Assembly: GCA_051880855.1 (NCBI GenBank)
Contig: JBJEOT010000058.1
Span: 1,893 to 65,892 of the forward strand
DNA length: 64,000 nt
Direction: 5' to 3'
Source: Ruminococcus sp.
Lineage (GTDB): Bacteria > Bacillota > Clostridia > Oscillospirales > Acutalibacteraceae
The stretch's first letter is position 1. Each line of letters opens with the position of its first letter. Shown here in pieces: positions 27,815 to 39,800 of this stretch. A program made the position numbers and the translations under genes. The notes below the pieces were generated by a model. It made no database searches. It saw only the letters and a program-made list of their open reading frames with translations, and had not been told where the DNA came from.

Positions 27815-28146
27815 AATTTGAAATGATAAACTATGTTATGATTGCAATGGGAGTTTTTCTCTTGGCTGTCGGCATAGTAGTTTGGGCAGGAAAGCGAGTG
27901 GACTTAGTCCACGGCGAAAAAGCGTCTAAGATTAGGGAAGAGGACAAGGGAAAGTACTCTGCGCTTTTAGGCTTGGGCATTATAGTAATGGCGCTTACCG
28001 TCGTGGTTTACGGCGTGTTGACAGCGATAGAAAACCTTGCTTTCTACTACCGGCTTATAATCATAGGTACAGGCGGCGGAATAAGCGCTTTGATACTTAT
28101 TCTGTCTTACAAAAAATACTTTAATAATGAGGACAAAGGAGGATAA
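27811..28146 (+). CDS. Small 3-TM membrane protein
   Basis: Three hydrophobic segments; GTGA overlap with rsmA; GGAGG RBS. Confidence 0.75.
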   Translation: MKFEMINYVMIAMGVFLLAVGIVVWAGKRVDLVHGEKASKIREEDKGKYSALLGLGIIVMALTVVVYGVLTAIENLAFYYRLIIIGTGGGISALILILSYKKYFNNEDKGG

Positions 28147-28148
28147 AA

Positions 28149-28400
28149 ATGCTTGAGTACAAATTTGATACACAGCTTCTTATTGCAGGCGAGGACTTGA
28201 ATGAAGATGAAATCGACAGCTACATCAGAGAGAATTTCAAGGGCGATTGCCTTATTGCCGTAGGTGACGAGGATTTGATTAAAATCCATTTTCACACCAA
28301 CGAGCCCTGGGATGTTCTCAAATACTGTGCAAGTCTCGGCGAAATTCACGACATCGTAGTGGAGAATATGCAGAGACAGGAAGAAGGCTTAAAAGGCTGA
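28149..28400 (+). CDS. Stand-alone homolog of the FakA/DAK2 middle domain
   Basis: GDCLIAVGDEDLIKIHFHTNEP...GEIHDIVVENMQRQ resembles the FakA GDS..VG...KVHVHT..P...K.ENM segment. Confidence 0.75.
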   Translation: MLEYKFDTQLLIAGEDLNEDEIDSYIRENFKGDCLIAVGDEDLIKIHFHTNEPWDVLKYCASLGEIHDIVVENMQRQEEGLKG

Positions 28401-28429
28401 TTGCTTTTTGAGGTTAAAATCATAATAGC

Positions 28430-28472
28430 AAAAAGAGAGCAGGTGCAGTGAAAAATACTGCACCTGCTTTTT
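28430..28472. terminator. Bidirectional terminator
   Basis: AGCAGGTGCAGT / ACTGCACCTGCT stem, T run 3', A run 5', between convergent genes. Confidence 0.8.
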
Positions 28473-28485
28473 GCGTTTTGAAATA

Positions 28486-30222
28486 TTACATTTTTTCGGG
28501 ACAGGTTACGGAGAACATTGTAAGAACATTCTTGATAACCATTCGAACACAGTCACAGAGGGCAAGTCTTGCCTGAGTGAGAGAGTCATCTCCGCACTTT
28601 ACTCTGTGAGCGTTGTAAAATTTGTGGAAAAGCGTTGCCAGAGTTGTAACATAGCGAGTGATTCTTGTGGGGTCATAAGCGACGGCTGATGCCACAATTT
28701 CCTCTGTGTAAGAAGCGAGATGATGGATAAGCTCCAACTCCTCCGGCTCCTTAAGCAGAAGAAGCTCCTCTTCGGAGCAGTCGCGCTTTGTTATGCCGTC
28801 AGCTTCTAAGTTCCGGAAGATACTGCAGATTCTGGCGTGAGCATACTGAACATAGTAAACGGGGTTTTGATTGTCCTGAGTAACAGCAAGGTCGAGGTCA
28901 AAGTCCATCTGTGTGTTTGCCTCACGGGTGTTGAACATAAAGCGGGTGCTGTCAACAGGAACTTCGTCAAGAAGGTCGGAAAGCTGAATTGCCTTGCCGG
29001 TACGCTTGCTCATCTTGACGACTTCTCCGCCCTGAAGAAGCTTAACAAGCTGCATCAGAACGATATCAAGCTTGTCGCCGTTGTAGCCAATTGCGTCCAT
29101 GGCGCCCTTCATTCTCATAACATGGCCGTGATGGTCTGCGCCCCAAACATTGATGCAGGTGTCAAAGCCACGGTCAAATTTATCCTTGTGGTATGCAATG
29201 TCGGCAGCAAAGTAGGTAGGGTTGCCGTTTGCTCTGATAAGCACGTCGTCTTTAAGCTCAAGCTTATCAATCTCAGCCTGTGACTTGCCTTCTCTGAGAA
29301 GCTTTTCTGTAACAACCTCTGCGTTTTTGTACCAAAGAGCGCCGTCCTTTTCGTAGGTAAGACCCTTTTCTGTGAGCAGGTCAACAACAGCCTTGACCTT
29401 ACCGCTTTGATGAAGCTCGCTCTCAAAGAACCACTTATCGTAGGTGATGCGGTATTTTGCCATATCAGCCTGCATCTTTGCAATGTTCTTTGGCAGAGCA
29501 TAGTCAACCAAGGCTTTCTTTCTTGCCTCTGACTCCATATCTCTGTAGCTGTCGCCTTTTTCACTTCTGAATTCTTCGGCTAAATCTTTGATGTCGCCGC
29601 CCTGATATCCGTCCTCGGGGAAGGGGATAGAGGGGTCAAAAATCTGAAGATATCTTGCCTCTAAGGAGTTTGCGAATTTCTCTATCTGATTGCCGGCGTC
29701 GTTTACATAGAATTCTCTGAAAACATCGTAGCCGGCGGCATCAAGCACAGATGCAAGGCAGTCGCCTAAAGCACCGCCTCGTGCGTTGCCCATATGCATA
29801 GGGCCTGTGGGATTTGCGGAAACAAACTCCACCATATATTTTTTGCCCTGACCGTAATCGCTTCTGCCGTAAGTGTCGCCCTTTTCCTCAATCTCTCTTA
29901 CTACCTTTGCAAAGTATTCCGGCTTGTAGAAGAAGTTGAGAAAGCCTGCGCCTGCCGCTTCGCATCGGTCAAAAAGTGTGCCGTCAAGCTCAATGCACTC
30001 AGCAAGAGCGTTTGCAATCTTGATGGGAGCTGTGCGAAAAACTCTTGCGCCCAGCATGGCGGCATTTGTGGCAAGGTCGCCGTTTGCACGGTTTGCAGGT
30101 GCTTCAATAATAAATTCGGGAACCTCTCCCTTGGGAAGAAGCTCCTTTTCCATAGCGGCTTCAAAGGCTTTGACAATGGCACCCTTCAGCTGTTCAACAG
30201 CGTTTTTTGTGGTCATAGACAT
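28486..30222 (-). CDS. argS: Arginine--tRNA ligase
   Basis: VEFVSANPTGPMHMGNARG, YFAADIAYH, WGADHHG, KMSKRTG, YVQYAHAR, PEKM. Confidence 0.97.
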   Translation of the reverse strand: MSMTTKNAVEQLKGAIVKAFEAAMEKELLPKGEVPEFIIEAPANRANGDLATNAAMLGARVFRTAPIKIANALAECIELDGTLFDRCEAAGAGFLNFFYKPEYFAKVVREIEEKGDTYGRSDYGQGKKYMVEFVSANPTGPMHMGNARGGALGDCLASVLDAAGYDVFREFYVNDAGNQIEKFANSLEARYLQIFDPSIPFPEDGYQGGDIKDLAEEFRSEKGDSYRDMESEARKKALVDYALPKNIAKMQADMAKYRITYDKWFFESELHQSGKVKAVVDLLTEKGLTYEKDGALWYKNAEVVTEKLLREGKSQAEIDKLELKDDVLIRANGNPTYFAADIAYHKDKFDRGFDTCINVWGADHHGHVMRMKGAMDAIGYNGDKLDIVLMQLVKLLQGGEVVKMSKRTGKAIQLSDLLDEVPVDSTRFMFNTREANTQMDFDLDLAVTQDNQNPVYYVQYAHARICSIFRNLEADGITKRDCSEEELLLLKEPEELELIHHLASYTEEIVASAVAYDPTRITRYVTTLATLFHKFYNAHRVKCGDDSLTQARLALCDCVRMVIKNVLTMFSVTCPEKM

Positions 30223-30223
30223 T

Positions 30224-30658
30224 TTAGTTTACCTCTTTTTCTGTAACTTTTATATAAATCTCGTTTTTGCTGACAAGTCCTGCGTTGAAGTCAAGCTCAT
30301 AGCTCACCTTCAGCGTACCGCCCCGGGGTGTGAGCTTGTCCTCTAAGCTGTCGGTGTAAACCCCCACTATCAGACTGCCGTAGGCAGTGCTGTAATGGCA
30401 CTGATGGCGCTTGCCTTTTTGCAGAATCAGTCTGGATTCGGCAGGTCCGCTTCTGATAACGGTGACGGTGCCGTCCTCCTCAACCTTAACTGTGCTGAGA
30501 TAGGAAATCTCGGCGTTGTCGGGGTCATATTCCTTATATTTGATGTACCGTTTGTTCCCGATTATCTGATAATCTCCCGCAGTGGTAACCTCGATAGAGT
30601 CACGGCTGCCGTCTATTATCTGTGTGCCGATAACGGAAATGAGATAATTATCTTTCAT
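30224..30658 (-). CDS. DUF1934 family protein
   Basis: beta-rich protein with Y.TAYG motif immediately upstream of argS (usual synteny). Confidence 0.85.
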   Translation of the reverse strand: MKDNYLISVIGTQIIDGSRDSIEVTTAGDYQIIGNKRYIKYKEYDPDNAEISYLSTVKVEEDGTVTVIRSGPAESRLILQKGKRHQCHYSTAYGSLIVGVYTDSLEDKLTPRGGTLKVSYELDFNAGLVSKNEIYIKVTEKEVN

Positions 30659-30676
30659 TGTTTCAGTCCTTATGTA

Positions 30677-31492
30677 TTAATATTGCTCAATATCTACCTG
30701 AGAGACCTTGTTCTTGATATCCCTGCCGAGAAAAACCGAAGCGAGACCTTCAAAGCTTATGGGAGTGTCGCTTACAAAGAAGCTGTACTGACCGGCATTG
30801 CTGCTGTCATTAAGAAGATCACTTTTCTTGAGAAGCTCAGCGGTGAAAAGAGCGGTAGCTCTGCCTGAATCTATGAGCGTAATATGGGGAAGAGCATTTT
30901 GAATTGCGGCTTTAAGAATGGGATAGTGGGTACAGCCGAGAATAACTGTATCAACCTCTGCATCTTTGAGCTTATGGGTGTATCTTTCCACCACGCTTTT
31001 GACGATTATGTCATCAGGGTCGGTGAAGCCGTTTTCAACCAGAGGAACAAAGAGAGGACAGTCCTGCTCCACAACCTCTATGGAGGAGTCAAGCTCTGCA
31101 ATCCTTGTTTGGTAGCTGTGAGAGTTGATTGTTGCCGATGTGCCTATAACACCCACACGGCCGTTTCTTGTAGCCTTGACAGCCGCTGCCGCAGTAGGCT
31201 CAACTACTCCTGTAAAGGGAACGGGCAGAAGGTCACCCAGCCCTGTGGCAACAGAGCTCACGGTACCGCAGGCGGCAATAATAATTTTGACATTGTTTCT
31301 GAGCAAAAAGGCAGCGTCCTGCTGAGCATATTTAATTATTGTGTCACGGCTTCTGCTTCCGTAGGGAACTCTGCCTGTGTCACCGAAGTAGACAATGTCT
31401 TCGCTTGGCAAAACGCTCATAAGCTCCTTAACGGCAGTAAGACCACCCAAGCCGGAGTCAAACACGCCAATAGCCATATTCTTTGTCAGCAT
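30677..31492 (-). CDS. murI: Glutamate racemase
   Basis: GVFDSGLGGL, GDTGRVPYG, ACGT, LGCTHYP. Confidence 0.95.
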   Translation of the reverse strand: MLTKNMAIGVFDSGLGGLTAVKELMSVLPSEDIVYFGDTGRVPYGSRSRDTIIKYAQQDAAFLLRNNVKIIIAACGTVSSVATGLGDLLPVPFTGVVEPTAAAAVKATRNGRVGVIGTSATINSHSYQTRIAELDSSIEVVEQDCPLFVPLVENGFTDPDDIIVKSVVERYTHKLKDAEVDTVILGCTHYPILKAAIQNALPHITLIDSGRATALFTAELLKKSDLLNDSSNAGQYSFFVSDTPISFEGLASVFLGRDIKNKVSQVDIEQY

Positions 31493-31612
31493 AGCTTCAC
31501 CGCCTAATTTATGTCAATAATTCATCAGCTTAGTATTTTAACATATTTATATGTAATATGCAAGGCAGAAAAACACAGTAAAAAGCAAATTGCAGATAGA
31601 GTCATTAAACCT

Positions 31613-31641
31613 TTGACAAACTGAGAATATATATGTATAAT
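31613..31641 (+). promoter_or_regulatory. Consensus sigma-A promoter
   Basis: TTGACA-17 nt-TATAAT. Confidence 0.8.
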
Positions 31642-31716
31642 AGTGTAGTTAACATGGAAAGTATTGATTTCTTTTTCGATATATAAAAACAGAGACAGTC
31701 TGTGGAGGAATGAATT

Positions 31717-32505
31717 ATGAACGATATGGTTAAAAAAGGCTTCGACATAATTTGCGACAAGGTTGACGGAGTATTAAAGACTCAGGGCTTCAAGCGCGAA
31801 AAGGTAAACAGCACCGACAAGGAGATGGTAGCTCTCTTTACAGGTGAGTCAGTTGCCTATTCCGTAATTTACGATTTGGAGAAGTACCATGTTGTACTTC
31901 GCTCATGCTCAATGACCGATGACGGCCCCGATAACGAATGGAAGTCTATGGCGACTTGGATGTTCAACCCTGAGACCGACACAAACAAAGAGGCAGAGAG
32001 CATCGGTAACGATTTTGCCGAGACACTTAACTCTGCTTCAGCCATAAAGAGGGTTAAGCAGGCTAAGAAAAAGAAAAAAAGCGACGAGGGCAACGCTGAT
32101 CCGCTCTTCCTTTCAAAGAGATTTGTCACCTTCTTTCCTGAGCTTAAGGCCGAAATCAAGGCAGAGCAGGATTGCTACGAGAGCTTCAGAGGTGTTACCT
32201 TTATCCGTCAGAATGTTATGCCCAGAATTAACGAGCTTCTTGCAAAGGGAAGTAAGTCAGAAAAAAATAAGCTTGCTCAGCTTCTCGGCACGCAGTACAC
32301 CAACGGCGATATGGACACTCGCTCAATCATCACGATTGTAATTCTCAACTCAATTGATGAAAAGCATCTTGAGGAGTTTGTTCCTATGCTGTCCGAGGAG
32401 CTTCAGAAGTCTTATAAATACGCAAAGCAGATGAAGGGTAAGAAGGTTCGTCCCGAAAAGCAAAAGAAGAACATCACCGCTTACGCTGCCGAAAGACTTA
32501 AGTAA
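31717..32505 (+). CDS. Hypothetical soluble protein
   Basis: 262-aa ORF with GGAGG RBS, own promoter and terminator, host-like codon usage; no family recognised. Confidence 0.85.
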   Translation: MNDMVKKGFDIICDKVDGVLKTQGFKREKVNSTDKEMVALFTGESVAYSVIYDLEKYHVVLRSCSMTDDGPDNEWKSMATWMFNPETDTNKEAESIGNDFAETLNSASAIKRVKQAKKKKKSDEGNADPLFLSKRFVTFFPELKAEIKAEQDCYESFRGVTFIRQNVMPRINELLAKGSKSEKNKLAQLLGTQYTNGDMDTRSIITIVILNSIDEKHLEEFVPMLSEELQKSYKYAKQMKGKKVRPEKQKKNITAYAAERLK

Positions 32506-32530
32506 TCTCTCAATTCAATACTGTTACCTC

Positions 32531-32561
32531 AGCAGCTTCCCATTTGGGGAGCTGCTTTTTT
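32531..32561 (+). terminator. Intrinsic terminator
   Basis: AGCAGCTTCCC-attt-GGGGAGCTGCT plus T run. Confidence 0.8.
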
Positions 32562-32696
32562 ATGTAAAGTCAGCAAAATAAAAACGGTAAACGCAGTCGG
32601 GTGTTTCTTACGACTTTGAGAAACGGCGGATTTGACTCAAATTTTCTTTTTGGGAAACAAAGTGCAAAAAAAACTTCAAATTTCTGCAAAAACCTC

Positions 32697-32740
32697 TTGA
32701 CATTTGACTTTTGAACATATACAATACTATGATGTACCAT
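32697..32740 (+). promoter_or_regulatory. rpoB promoter(s)
   Basis: TTGACA-17-TACAAT; overlapping TTGACT-18-TATGAT and TTGAAC-18-TACCAT. Confidence 0.7.
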
Positions 32741-32790
32741 TATGGGGGGATTTACCCCTTTTGCAGTTTTGTCATTGTGAAAAATTGAAA

Positions 32791-32819
32791 AATATATCAC
32801 ACTCAGCAGAAGTTGTCAA
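32791..32819 (-). promoter_or_regulatory. Antisense sigma-A promoter inside the rpoB leader
   Basis: Minus strand TTGACA-17 nt-TATATT with extended TG. Confidence 0.6.
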
Positions 32820-33022
32820 GTGCTTTTTTTACAATTTCTTTTCGGCATCTTTTGCAGCTGCCGGCAGTGCGCTTCATTCTCAGAAATCTATATAGAAATT
32901 TTTATTTGATTTTATATGAAGCTATGATATTTTTCTCTCTTCCTTTGCAGATTCTGTATTAACTTTTCTTTTAAGCACGTACAAAAAAACAACCCACATA
33001 AAAACGAAGGAGTGATACACCT

Positions 33023-36000
33023 ATGGAGAATGTTAAGCTTCAAAAGCTTGGCAACAGTGAGAGAGTGAGCTTCTCGAAGATCGACGAGGTCATCGATATG
33101 CCAAATCTCATTGAGGTGCAGAAAAAGTCCTACAAGTGGTTCCTGGACGAGGGACTCAAAGAGGTTTTCAGAGATGTTTCGGGTATTACCGACTACTCCG
33201 GCAACCTGATTCTTGATTTCATCGACTACACCCTGGATGTGGACAATCCCAACTACTCTGTTATTGAGTGTAAGGAAAGAGACGCCACATATTCTGCTGC
33301 CTTAAGAGTTACCGCAAGACTTCTCAACAAGGAGACCGGTGAAATCAAAGAGTCCAATGTGTTTATGGGAGAATTCCCCCTTATGACCGACAGCGGTACC
33401 TTTGTTATCAACGGTGCAGAGAGAGTTATTGTTTCACAACTTGTCAGAAGCCCCGGTGTCTACTACAAGATGGAGCACGACAAGACAGGTAAGGAACTTT
33501 ATTTCTCCACCGTTATTCCCAACCGCGGTGCATGGCTCGAATATGAAAACGATGTTAACGATGTTTTCTATGTCCGTATTGATAAAAACCGCAAAATACC
33601 GATTACAGTATTCCTTCGTGCATTAGGTCTCGGCACAAACGCTGAGATTATTGAGATGTTCGGCGATGACGACCGCATCAAGGCTACGCTTGAGAAGGAC
33701 ACAACCGACAGCGTTGAGACAGGACTCTTGGAGGTTTACAGAAAGCTCAGACCTTCCGAGCCTCCTACGGTAGAGAGTGCACAGATTCACCTCAACAATC
33801 TGTTCTTTGATCCCAGACGCTACGATATGTCCAGAGTAGGTCGTTACAAATACAACAAAAAGCTTGGTATCTCATCAAGACTTGCAGGTCAAGTACTTGC
33901 AGAGCCCATTGTTGATCCCCGCACAGGTGAGGTCCTTGCACTTCGCGGTGATACAGTCAGCCGTGAGAAGGCTCTTGAGATTGAGAACGCAGGTGTTAAA
34001 GAGGCGTTTGTAAGCGTTGAGGGCGGAAAAATCGTTAAGATTATTTCCAACAATATGGTTGATATCTCCTGCTATGTTTCCTTTGACGCAAAAGAGGAGT
34101 GCGGTATCAACGAGAAGGTTTCCTTCCCTGTACTCTGCGAAATTTTGGAGAGCTGCCGTACTGAGGAAGAGCTTAAGGAGACACTTGCTCTTCGCCGTGA
34201 CGAGCTTATTCCCAACCACATCACTACCGACGATATCTTTGCAACAGTTAACTATATGAACTGCCTTGCCGAGCACATCGGCGTTACCGATGATATCGAC
34301 CACTTGGGCAACAGAAGAATCCGCTGCGTAGGCGAACTTTTACAAAACCAGTTCAGAATTGGCTTCAGCCGTCTGGAAAGAGTTATCCGCGAGAGAATGA
34401 CTCTTCAGGCTAATGACCTTGAGACTCTTTCTCCCAGCACGCTTATAAATATCAGACCCGTAACCGCTGCTATTAAGGAGTTCTTCGGTTCTTCCCCCCT
34501 TTCGCAGTTTATGGATCAGACCAACCCTCTTGCTGAGCTTACTCACAAGAGAAGACTTTCAGCTCTGGGCCCCGGCGGTCTTTCCCGTGACCGTGCAGGC
34601 TTCGAGGTTCGAGATGTTCATTACAGCCACTACGGCAGAATGTGTCCTATCGAAACTCCTGAAGGTCCTAACATCGGACTTATCTCCTACCTTGCAACCT
34701 TCTCCCGTATTAATGAGTACGGCTTTATTGAGGCTTCTTTCAGAAAGATTGACAAAGAGAAGGGTATAGTAACCGACGAGGTTGTATATATGACAGCAGA
34801 CCAGGAAGATGAGTTCTATGTTGCACAGGCAAACACTCCTCTTGATTCAGAGGGTCGCTTCATTAACAAGTCAAGGGTTGTCGGAAGACACCGCGACGAG
34901 TTCGTTGAGCTTGACGCTTCCCAGTTCGATTATATGGACGTTTCTCCCCGAATGGTTGTTTCCGTAGCTACAGCTATGATTCCCTTCCTTGAGAACGATG
35001 ACGCTAACCGAGCTCTGATGGGTTCTAACATGCAGCGTCAGGCTGTTCCCCTTATGGTTACCGAAAGCCCTATCGTCGGCACAGGTATGGAGTACAAAGC
35101 AGGTACAGACTCCGGAGTTTGTATTCTTGCTGAGGAAGACGGCGTAGTTATGAGCGCTGACGCAGACCACATCCGTGTTCAGTACGATTCCGGCAAGATT
35201 AAGGACTTTGAGGTTATCAAGTTCCTGCGCTCTAACCAGGGCACCTGCTTCAACCAGATTACCGTTGTTGAAAGAGGTCAGCGTTTTGTTAAGGGCGAGG
35301 TTCTTGCAGACGGTCCTGCTATTAAGAACGGTGAAATTTCTCTCGGTAAAAACGCTCTCATCGGCTTTATGACCTGGGAGGGATACAACTACGAGGACGC
35401 TGTTCTCATTTCCGAAAAAATTGTTCGTGATGATGTCTACACATCTATCCATATTGAAGAGTACGAAACCGAAGCCCGTGATACAAAGCTGGGTCCCGAG
35501 GAAATTACCCGCGATATCCCCAATGTGGGCGAGGATATGCTTAAGGACCTTGACGAGGACGGTATTATCCACATCGGCGCAGAGGTACACGCAGACGATA
35601 TCCTTGTAGGTAAGGTTACACCCAAGGGTGAGACTGAGCTTACAGCTGAGGAGAGACTCCTCAGAGCAATCTTCGGTGAGAAGGCAAGAGAGGTAAGAGA
35701 TACCTCCCTCAGAGTGCCTCACGGCGAGAGCGGTATCGTTGTTGATGTTAAAGTATTTACAAGAGAAAACAGCCGCGACGAGCTTAAGCCCGGCGTTAAT
35801 AAGGTAGTTCGCTGCTATCTTGCTCAGAAGAGAAAGATAAGCGTCGGCGATAAGATGGCAGGTCGCCACGGTAACAAGGGTGTTGTTTCCAGAATTCTCC
35901 CTGTTGAGGATATGCCCTTCCTGCCTGACGGTACTCCCCTTGATATCGTTCTTAACCCCTTGGGCGTTCCTTCCCGTATGAATATCGGTCAGGTGCTTGA

Positions 36001-36826
36001 GGTTCACCTTGGCTATGCAGCAAAGGCTCTCGGCTTCAAGGTAATGACTCCCGTATTTGACGGCGCTCACGAGGGCGATATCTTCTCCGCCTTTGAAGAG
36101 ATGCAGGCAAAGGCCGACAGAGGCGAGTATCCCGACAGAAGAGATGTTGTGGGTATTGACTTCGGCGAGTGCTTAAGACAGCACGGTATTACAAACGAAT
36201 GCAAGACATGGCTTAAGGACGGCAGAACAGGCGACTACTTCGACAATCCCGTAACAGTAGGCTATATGTACTACCTGAAGCTGCATCACCTTGTTGATGA
36301 CAAGATTCATGCCCGTTCAACAGGCCCCTACTCACTTGTTACTCAGCAGCCTCTGGGCGGTAAGGCTCAGTTCGGCGGTCAGCGTTTCGGTGAGATGGAA
36401 GTTTGGGCACTTGAAGCTTACGGTGCAGCATATACTCTCCAGGAAATCCTTACAGTTAAGTCTGACGATGTTACAGGCCGTGTTAAGACCTACGAGGCTA
36501 TTGTTAAGGGACAGAATATTCCCATGCCCGGTATTCCCGAGTCCTTCAAGGTTCTTATCAAGGAGCTTCAGTCTCTGTCTCTTGATGTCAGAGTGCTTGA
36601 CAGCGAGGGCGCCGAGATTGACCTTAAGCAGAAGTTTGACGAGGACGAGGATCTCTGCGTAATTGCAGACGATGCTCAGTTTGACGAGGACGAGGTTATG
36701 ACCACTATGGACGGCTTTGTTCTTGACGAGGACTCCGAAGAGGGCAATATGTTCGATGAGGATTCAATTTTCGAAGATGTGGACGATATGGGCGACTATG
36801 ACGACCACGGCAGCGATGAATATTAA
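33023..36826 (+). CDS. rpoB: RNA polymerase beta subunit
   Basis: [58 protein letters not shown]. Confidence 0.99.
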   Translation: MENVKLQKLGNSERVSFSKIDEVIDMPNLIEVQKKSYKWFLDEGLKEVFRDVSGITDYSGNLILDFIDYTLDVDNPNYSVIECKERDATYSAALRVTARLLNKETGEIKESNVFMGEFPLMTDSGTFVINGAERVIVSQLVRSPGVYYKMEHDKTGKELYFSTVIPNRGAWLEYENDVNDVFYVRIDKNRKIPITVFLRALGLGTNAEIIEMFGDDDRIKATLEKDTTDSVETGLLEVYRKLRPSEPPTVESAQIHLNNLFFDPRRYDMSRVGRYKYNKKLGISSRLAGQVLAEPIVDPRTGEVLALRGDTVSREKALEIENAGVKEAFVSVEGGKIVKIISNNMVDISCYVSFDAKEECGINEKVSFPVLCEILESCRTEEELKETLALRRDELIPNHITTDDIFATVNYMNCLAEHIGVTDDIDHLGNRRIRCVGELLQNQFRIGFSRLERVIRERMTLQANDLETLSPSTLINIRPVTAAIKEFFGSSPLSQFMDQTNPLAELTHKRRLSALGPGGLSRDRAGFEVRDVHYSHYGRMCPIETPEGPNIGLISYLATFSRINEYGFIEASFRKIDKEKGIVTDEVVYMTADQEDEFYVAQANTPLDSEGRFINKSRVVGRHRDEFVELDASQFDYMDVSPRMVVSVATAMIPFLENDDANRALMGSNMQRQAVPLMVTESPIVGTGMEYKAGTDSGVCILAEEDGVVMSADADHIRVQYDSGKIKDFEVIKFLRSNQGTCFNQITVVERGQRFVKGEVLADGPAIKNGEISLGKNALIGFMTWEGYNYEDAVLISEKIVRDDVYTSIHIEEYETEARDTKLGPEEITRDIPNVGEDMLKDLDEDGIIHIGAEVHADDILVGKVTPKGETELTAEERLLRAIFGEKAREVRDTSLRVPHGESGIVVDVKVFTRENSRDELKPGVNKVVRCYLAQKRKISVGDKMAGRHGNKGVVSRILPVEDMPFLPDGTPLDIVLNPLGVPSRMNIGQVLEVHLGYAAKALGFKVMTPVFDGAHEGDIFSAFEEMQAKADRGEYPDRRDVVGIDFGECLRQHGITNECKTWLKDGRTGDYFDNPVTVGYMYYLKLHHLVDDKIHARSTGPYSLVTQQPLGGKAQFGGQRFGEMEVWALEAYGAAYTLQEILTVKSDDVTGRVKTYEAIVKGQNIPMPGIPESFKVLIKELQSLSLDVRVLDSEGAEIDLKQKFDEDEDLCVIADDAQFDEDEVMTTMDGFVLDEDSEEGNMFDEDSIFEDVDDMGDYDDHGSDEY

Positions 36827-36847
36827 TTAGGAAGGGGCAATTAACTA

Positions 36848-39800
36848 ATGGATAATAATGTTTTTGATTCTATTAAAATCGGTCTGGCCTCTCCTGAACA
36901 GATCAGAGAATGGTCCTACGGCGAGGTTAAGAAGCCGGAGACTATAAACTACCGTACATTAAAGCCTGAGCGCGAGGGACTTTTCTGCGAGGCTATTTTC
37001 GGTCCTACCAAGGACTGGGAGTGCCACTGCGGAAAGTACAAGAGAATTCGTTACAAGGGCAAGGTATGTGACCGTTGCGGTGTTGAGGTTACACGCGCAA
37101 AGGTAAGACGCGAGAGAATGGGACACATTGAGCTTGCCGCTCCTGTATCTCACATCTGGTACTTCAAGGGTATTCCCTCAAGAATTTCCCTTATGCTGGA
37201 TATTTCTCCCAGAATGCTTGAAAAGGTGCTTTACTTCGCACTTTATATCGTAACGGATCCCGGCGAGTGCCGTGACCTTTACAAGATGCAGTTCCTCACA
37301 GAGCGTGAGTACAGCGATATGAGAGAGAAGTACGAGGACGATTTCAAGGCTGCTATGGGCGCAGAGGCTATCAAGGAGCTCCTTAGCGAGATTGACCTTG
37401 ACGAGCTTTCCCGCGAGCTTAAGGAACAGCTTGAGGACGCTTCCGGTCAGAAGAAGGTAAGAATCCAGAAGAGACTTGAAGTTGTTGAGAGCTTTAGAAT
37501 CTCCGGCAACCGTCCCGAATGGATGATTTTGGATGTTATACCCGTAATTCCTCCCGATATCCGTCCTATGGTACAGCTTGACGGCGGTCGTTTCGCAACC
37601 TCCGACCTGAATGATTTGTACCGCAGAGTTATCAACAGAAACAACCGTCTGAAGAGACTCTTAAAGCTTGAAGCTCCCGACATCATCATCCGCAACGAAA
37701 AGCGTATGCTTCAGGAGGCTGTTGACGCTCTTATTGATAACGGCCGCCGCGGAAGACCCGTAACAGGTCCTAACAACCGTCCCCTTAAGTCACTTTCCGA
37801 TATGCTCAAGGGTAAGCAGGGCCGTTTCCGCCAGAACCTTCTCGGTAAGCGTGTTGACTATTCCGGCCGTTCGGTTATCGTTGTCGGCCCTGAGCTGAAG
37901 ATGTACCAGTGCGGTCTTCCTAAGGAGATGGCTCTGGAGCTATTTAAGCCCTTTGTTATGAAGCGCCTTGTTGAGACAAAGGCTGCTCAGAATATTAAGG
38001 CTGCCAGAAAGGCAGTCGAGCGTGCTAAGCCTGAGGTTTGGGATGCTCTTGAGGTTGTAATTAAGGGTCATCCTGTTTTACTCAACCGTGCTCCAACACT
38101 TCACAGACTGGGTATTCAGGCATTTGAGCCTGTTCTTGTTGAGGGCAGAGCTCTTAAGCTTCATCCCCTTGTATGCACAGCTTACAATGCCGACTTCGAC
38201 GGAGACCAGATGGCTGTCCATGTTCCTCTTTCTGCAGAGGCACAGGCAGAGGCCCGCTTCCTTATGCTTGCCGCAGGCAACCTGTTGAAGCCCTCTGACG
38301 GTCACCCCGTTGTTGTTCCTACTCAGGATATGGTTCTGGGTTCATATTACCTCACTCTCGACAAAGACGGAGAGCTTGGTGAGGGCAAGGTCTTCAGAAA
38401 TGAAGACGAGGCTATGATGGCTTACTCCACAGGCGTAATTAAGCTTCATTCCAAGATTAAGGTTCGCCGCAGCGCTGCTGTTGACGGCGTTGAGAAGTCC
38501 GCTATCGTAGACACAACTATGGGTAAGATTATCTTCAACAAGCCTATTCCTCAGGATTTGGGCTTTGTTGACAGAACAAACCCAGACAACTATTTCAAGT
38601 ATGAGATTGACTTCCTTGTAGGCAAGAAACAGCTCGGTAAAATCATTGACGCTTGTATCAGAGTACACGGCACAGAGGTTACAGCAACTGTTCTTGACGA
38701 TATCAAGGCACAGGGCTACAAGTATTCTACAAGAGGCGCTATCACCGTTGCGGTTTGCGATGCCATTATCCCTGCTGAGAAGAAGGATATTCTGGCACAG
38801 GCTGAAAAGGATGTTGACGCTGTACGCGAAGAGTTTATGATCGGTCTCCGCTCAGAAGAGGACCGCTACAATGAGATTCTAAAGATTTGGGAGAAGGCAA
38901 CAAACGATGTTACTGCTGCTCTGCAGAACGGCCTCGACCGCTACAATCCCATATTTATGATGGCTGACTCAGGTGCTCGTGGTAGTATGAGCCAGATTCG
39001 TCAGCTTGCCGGTATGCGCGGACTTATCGCCAACACATCCGGTAAAACAATTGAAATCCCCATTCGTGCGAACTACCGCGAAGGTCTGAATATTCTTGAA
39101 TACTTCATTTCTTCCCGTGGTGCCCGTAAAGGTCTTGCCGATACAGCGCTTCGTACCGCTGACTCCGGTTACCTTACCCGCCGTCTTGTTGATGTTTCTC
39201 AGGATGTTATTATCCGTGAGGATGACTGTAACACCGACGAGGGTTTGGAAATCTTCGACATTATGTCGGGCAGACATGTTATCGAGGGTATGCACGAGAG
39301 ACTTATCGGCAGATACCTCCTGGAGGACTTCACCGATGAAAACGGTAATGTTCTTGTTTCCAAGGATACTCTTATGGGCGAGAAAGAGGCAGACATCATC
39401 TGCAACTCCGGCACAAAGAGCATCAAGATTCGCTCTATTCTCGGCTGTCACGCTAAGCACGGAGTTTGCCGTAAGTGCTACGGTGCCAACCTTGCAAACG
39501 GTCAGCCTGTAACCGTGGGCGAGGCTGTAGGTATTATCGCAGCTCAGTCAATCGGTGAGCCGGGTACACAGCTTACAATGAGAACCTTCCACACCGGCGG
39601 TGTTGCTTCTGCAGAGGATATCACCCAGGGTCTTCCCCGTGTTGAAGAGCTGTTTGAAAGCAGGAAGCCCAAGAGCCTTGCAATCATAAGCGAAATCGAC
39701 GGTGAGGTTCGCTTCGATACAATTAAGAACAACCGCCATGCTGTTGTATTTAATAAAGAAACCGGCGAAGAGAAGCAGTATATGATTCCCTTCGGCTTCA

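Noticed and set aside
34480-34590. Rifampicin-resistance changes in RpoB (and streptomycin-resistance changes in S12)
   Set aside because: The [17 protein letters not shown] core keeps the key D/H/S residues, GSSPLSQ is a variant I recall as common in Clostridia, and the S12 lysines are intact
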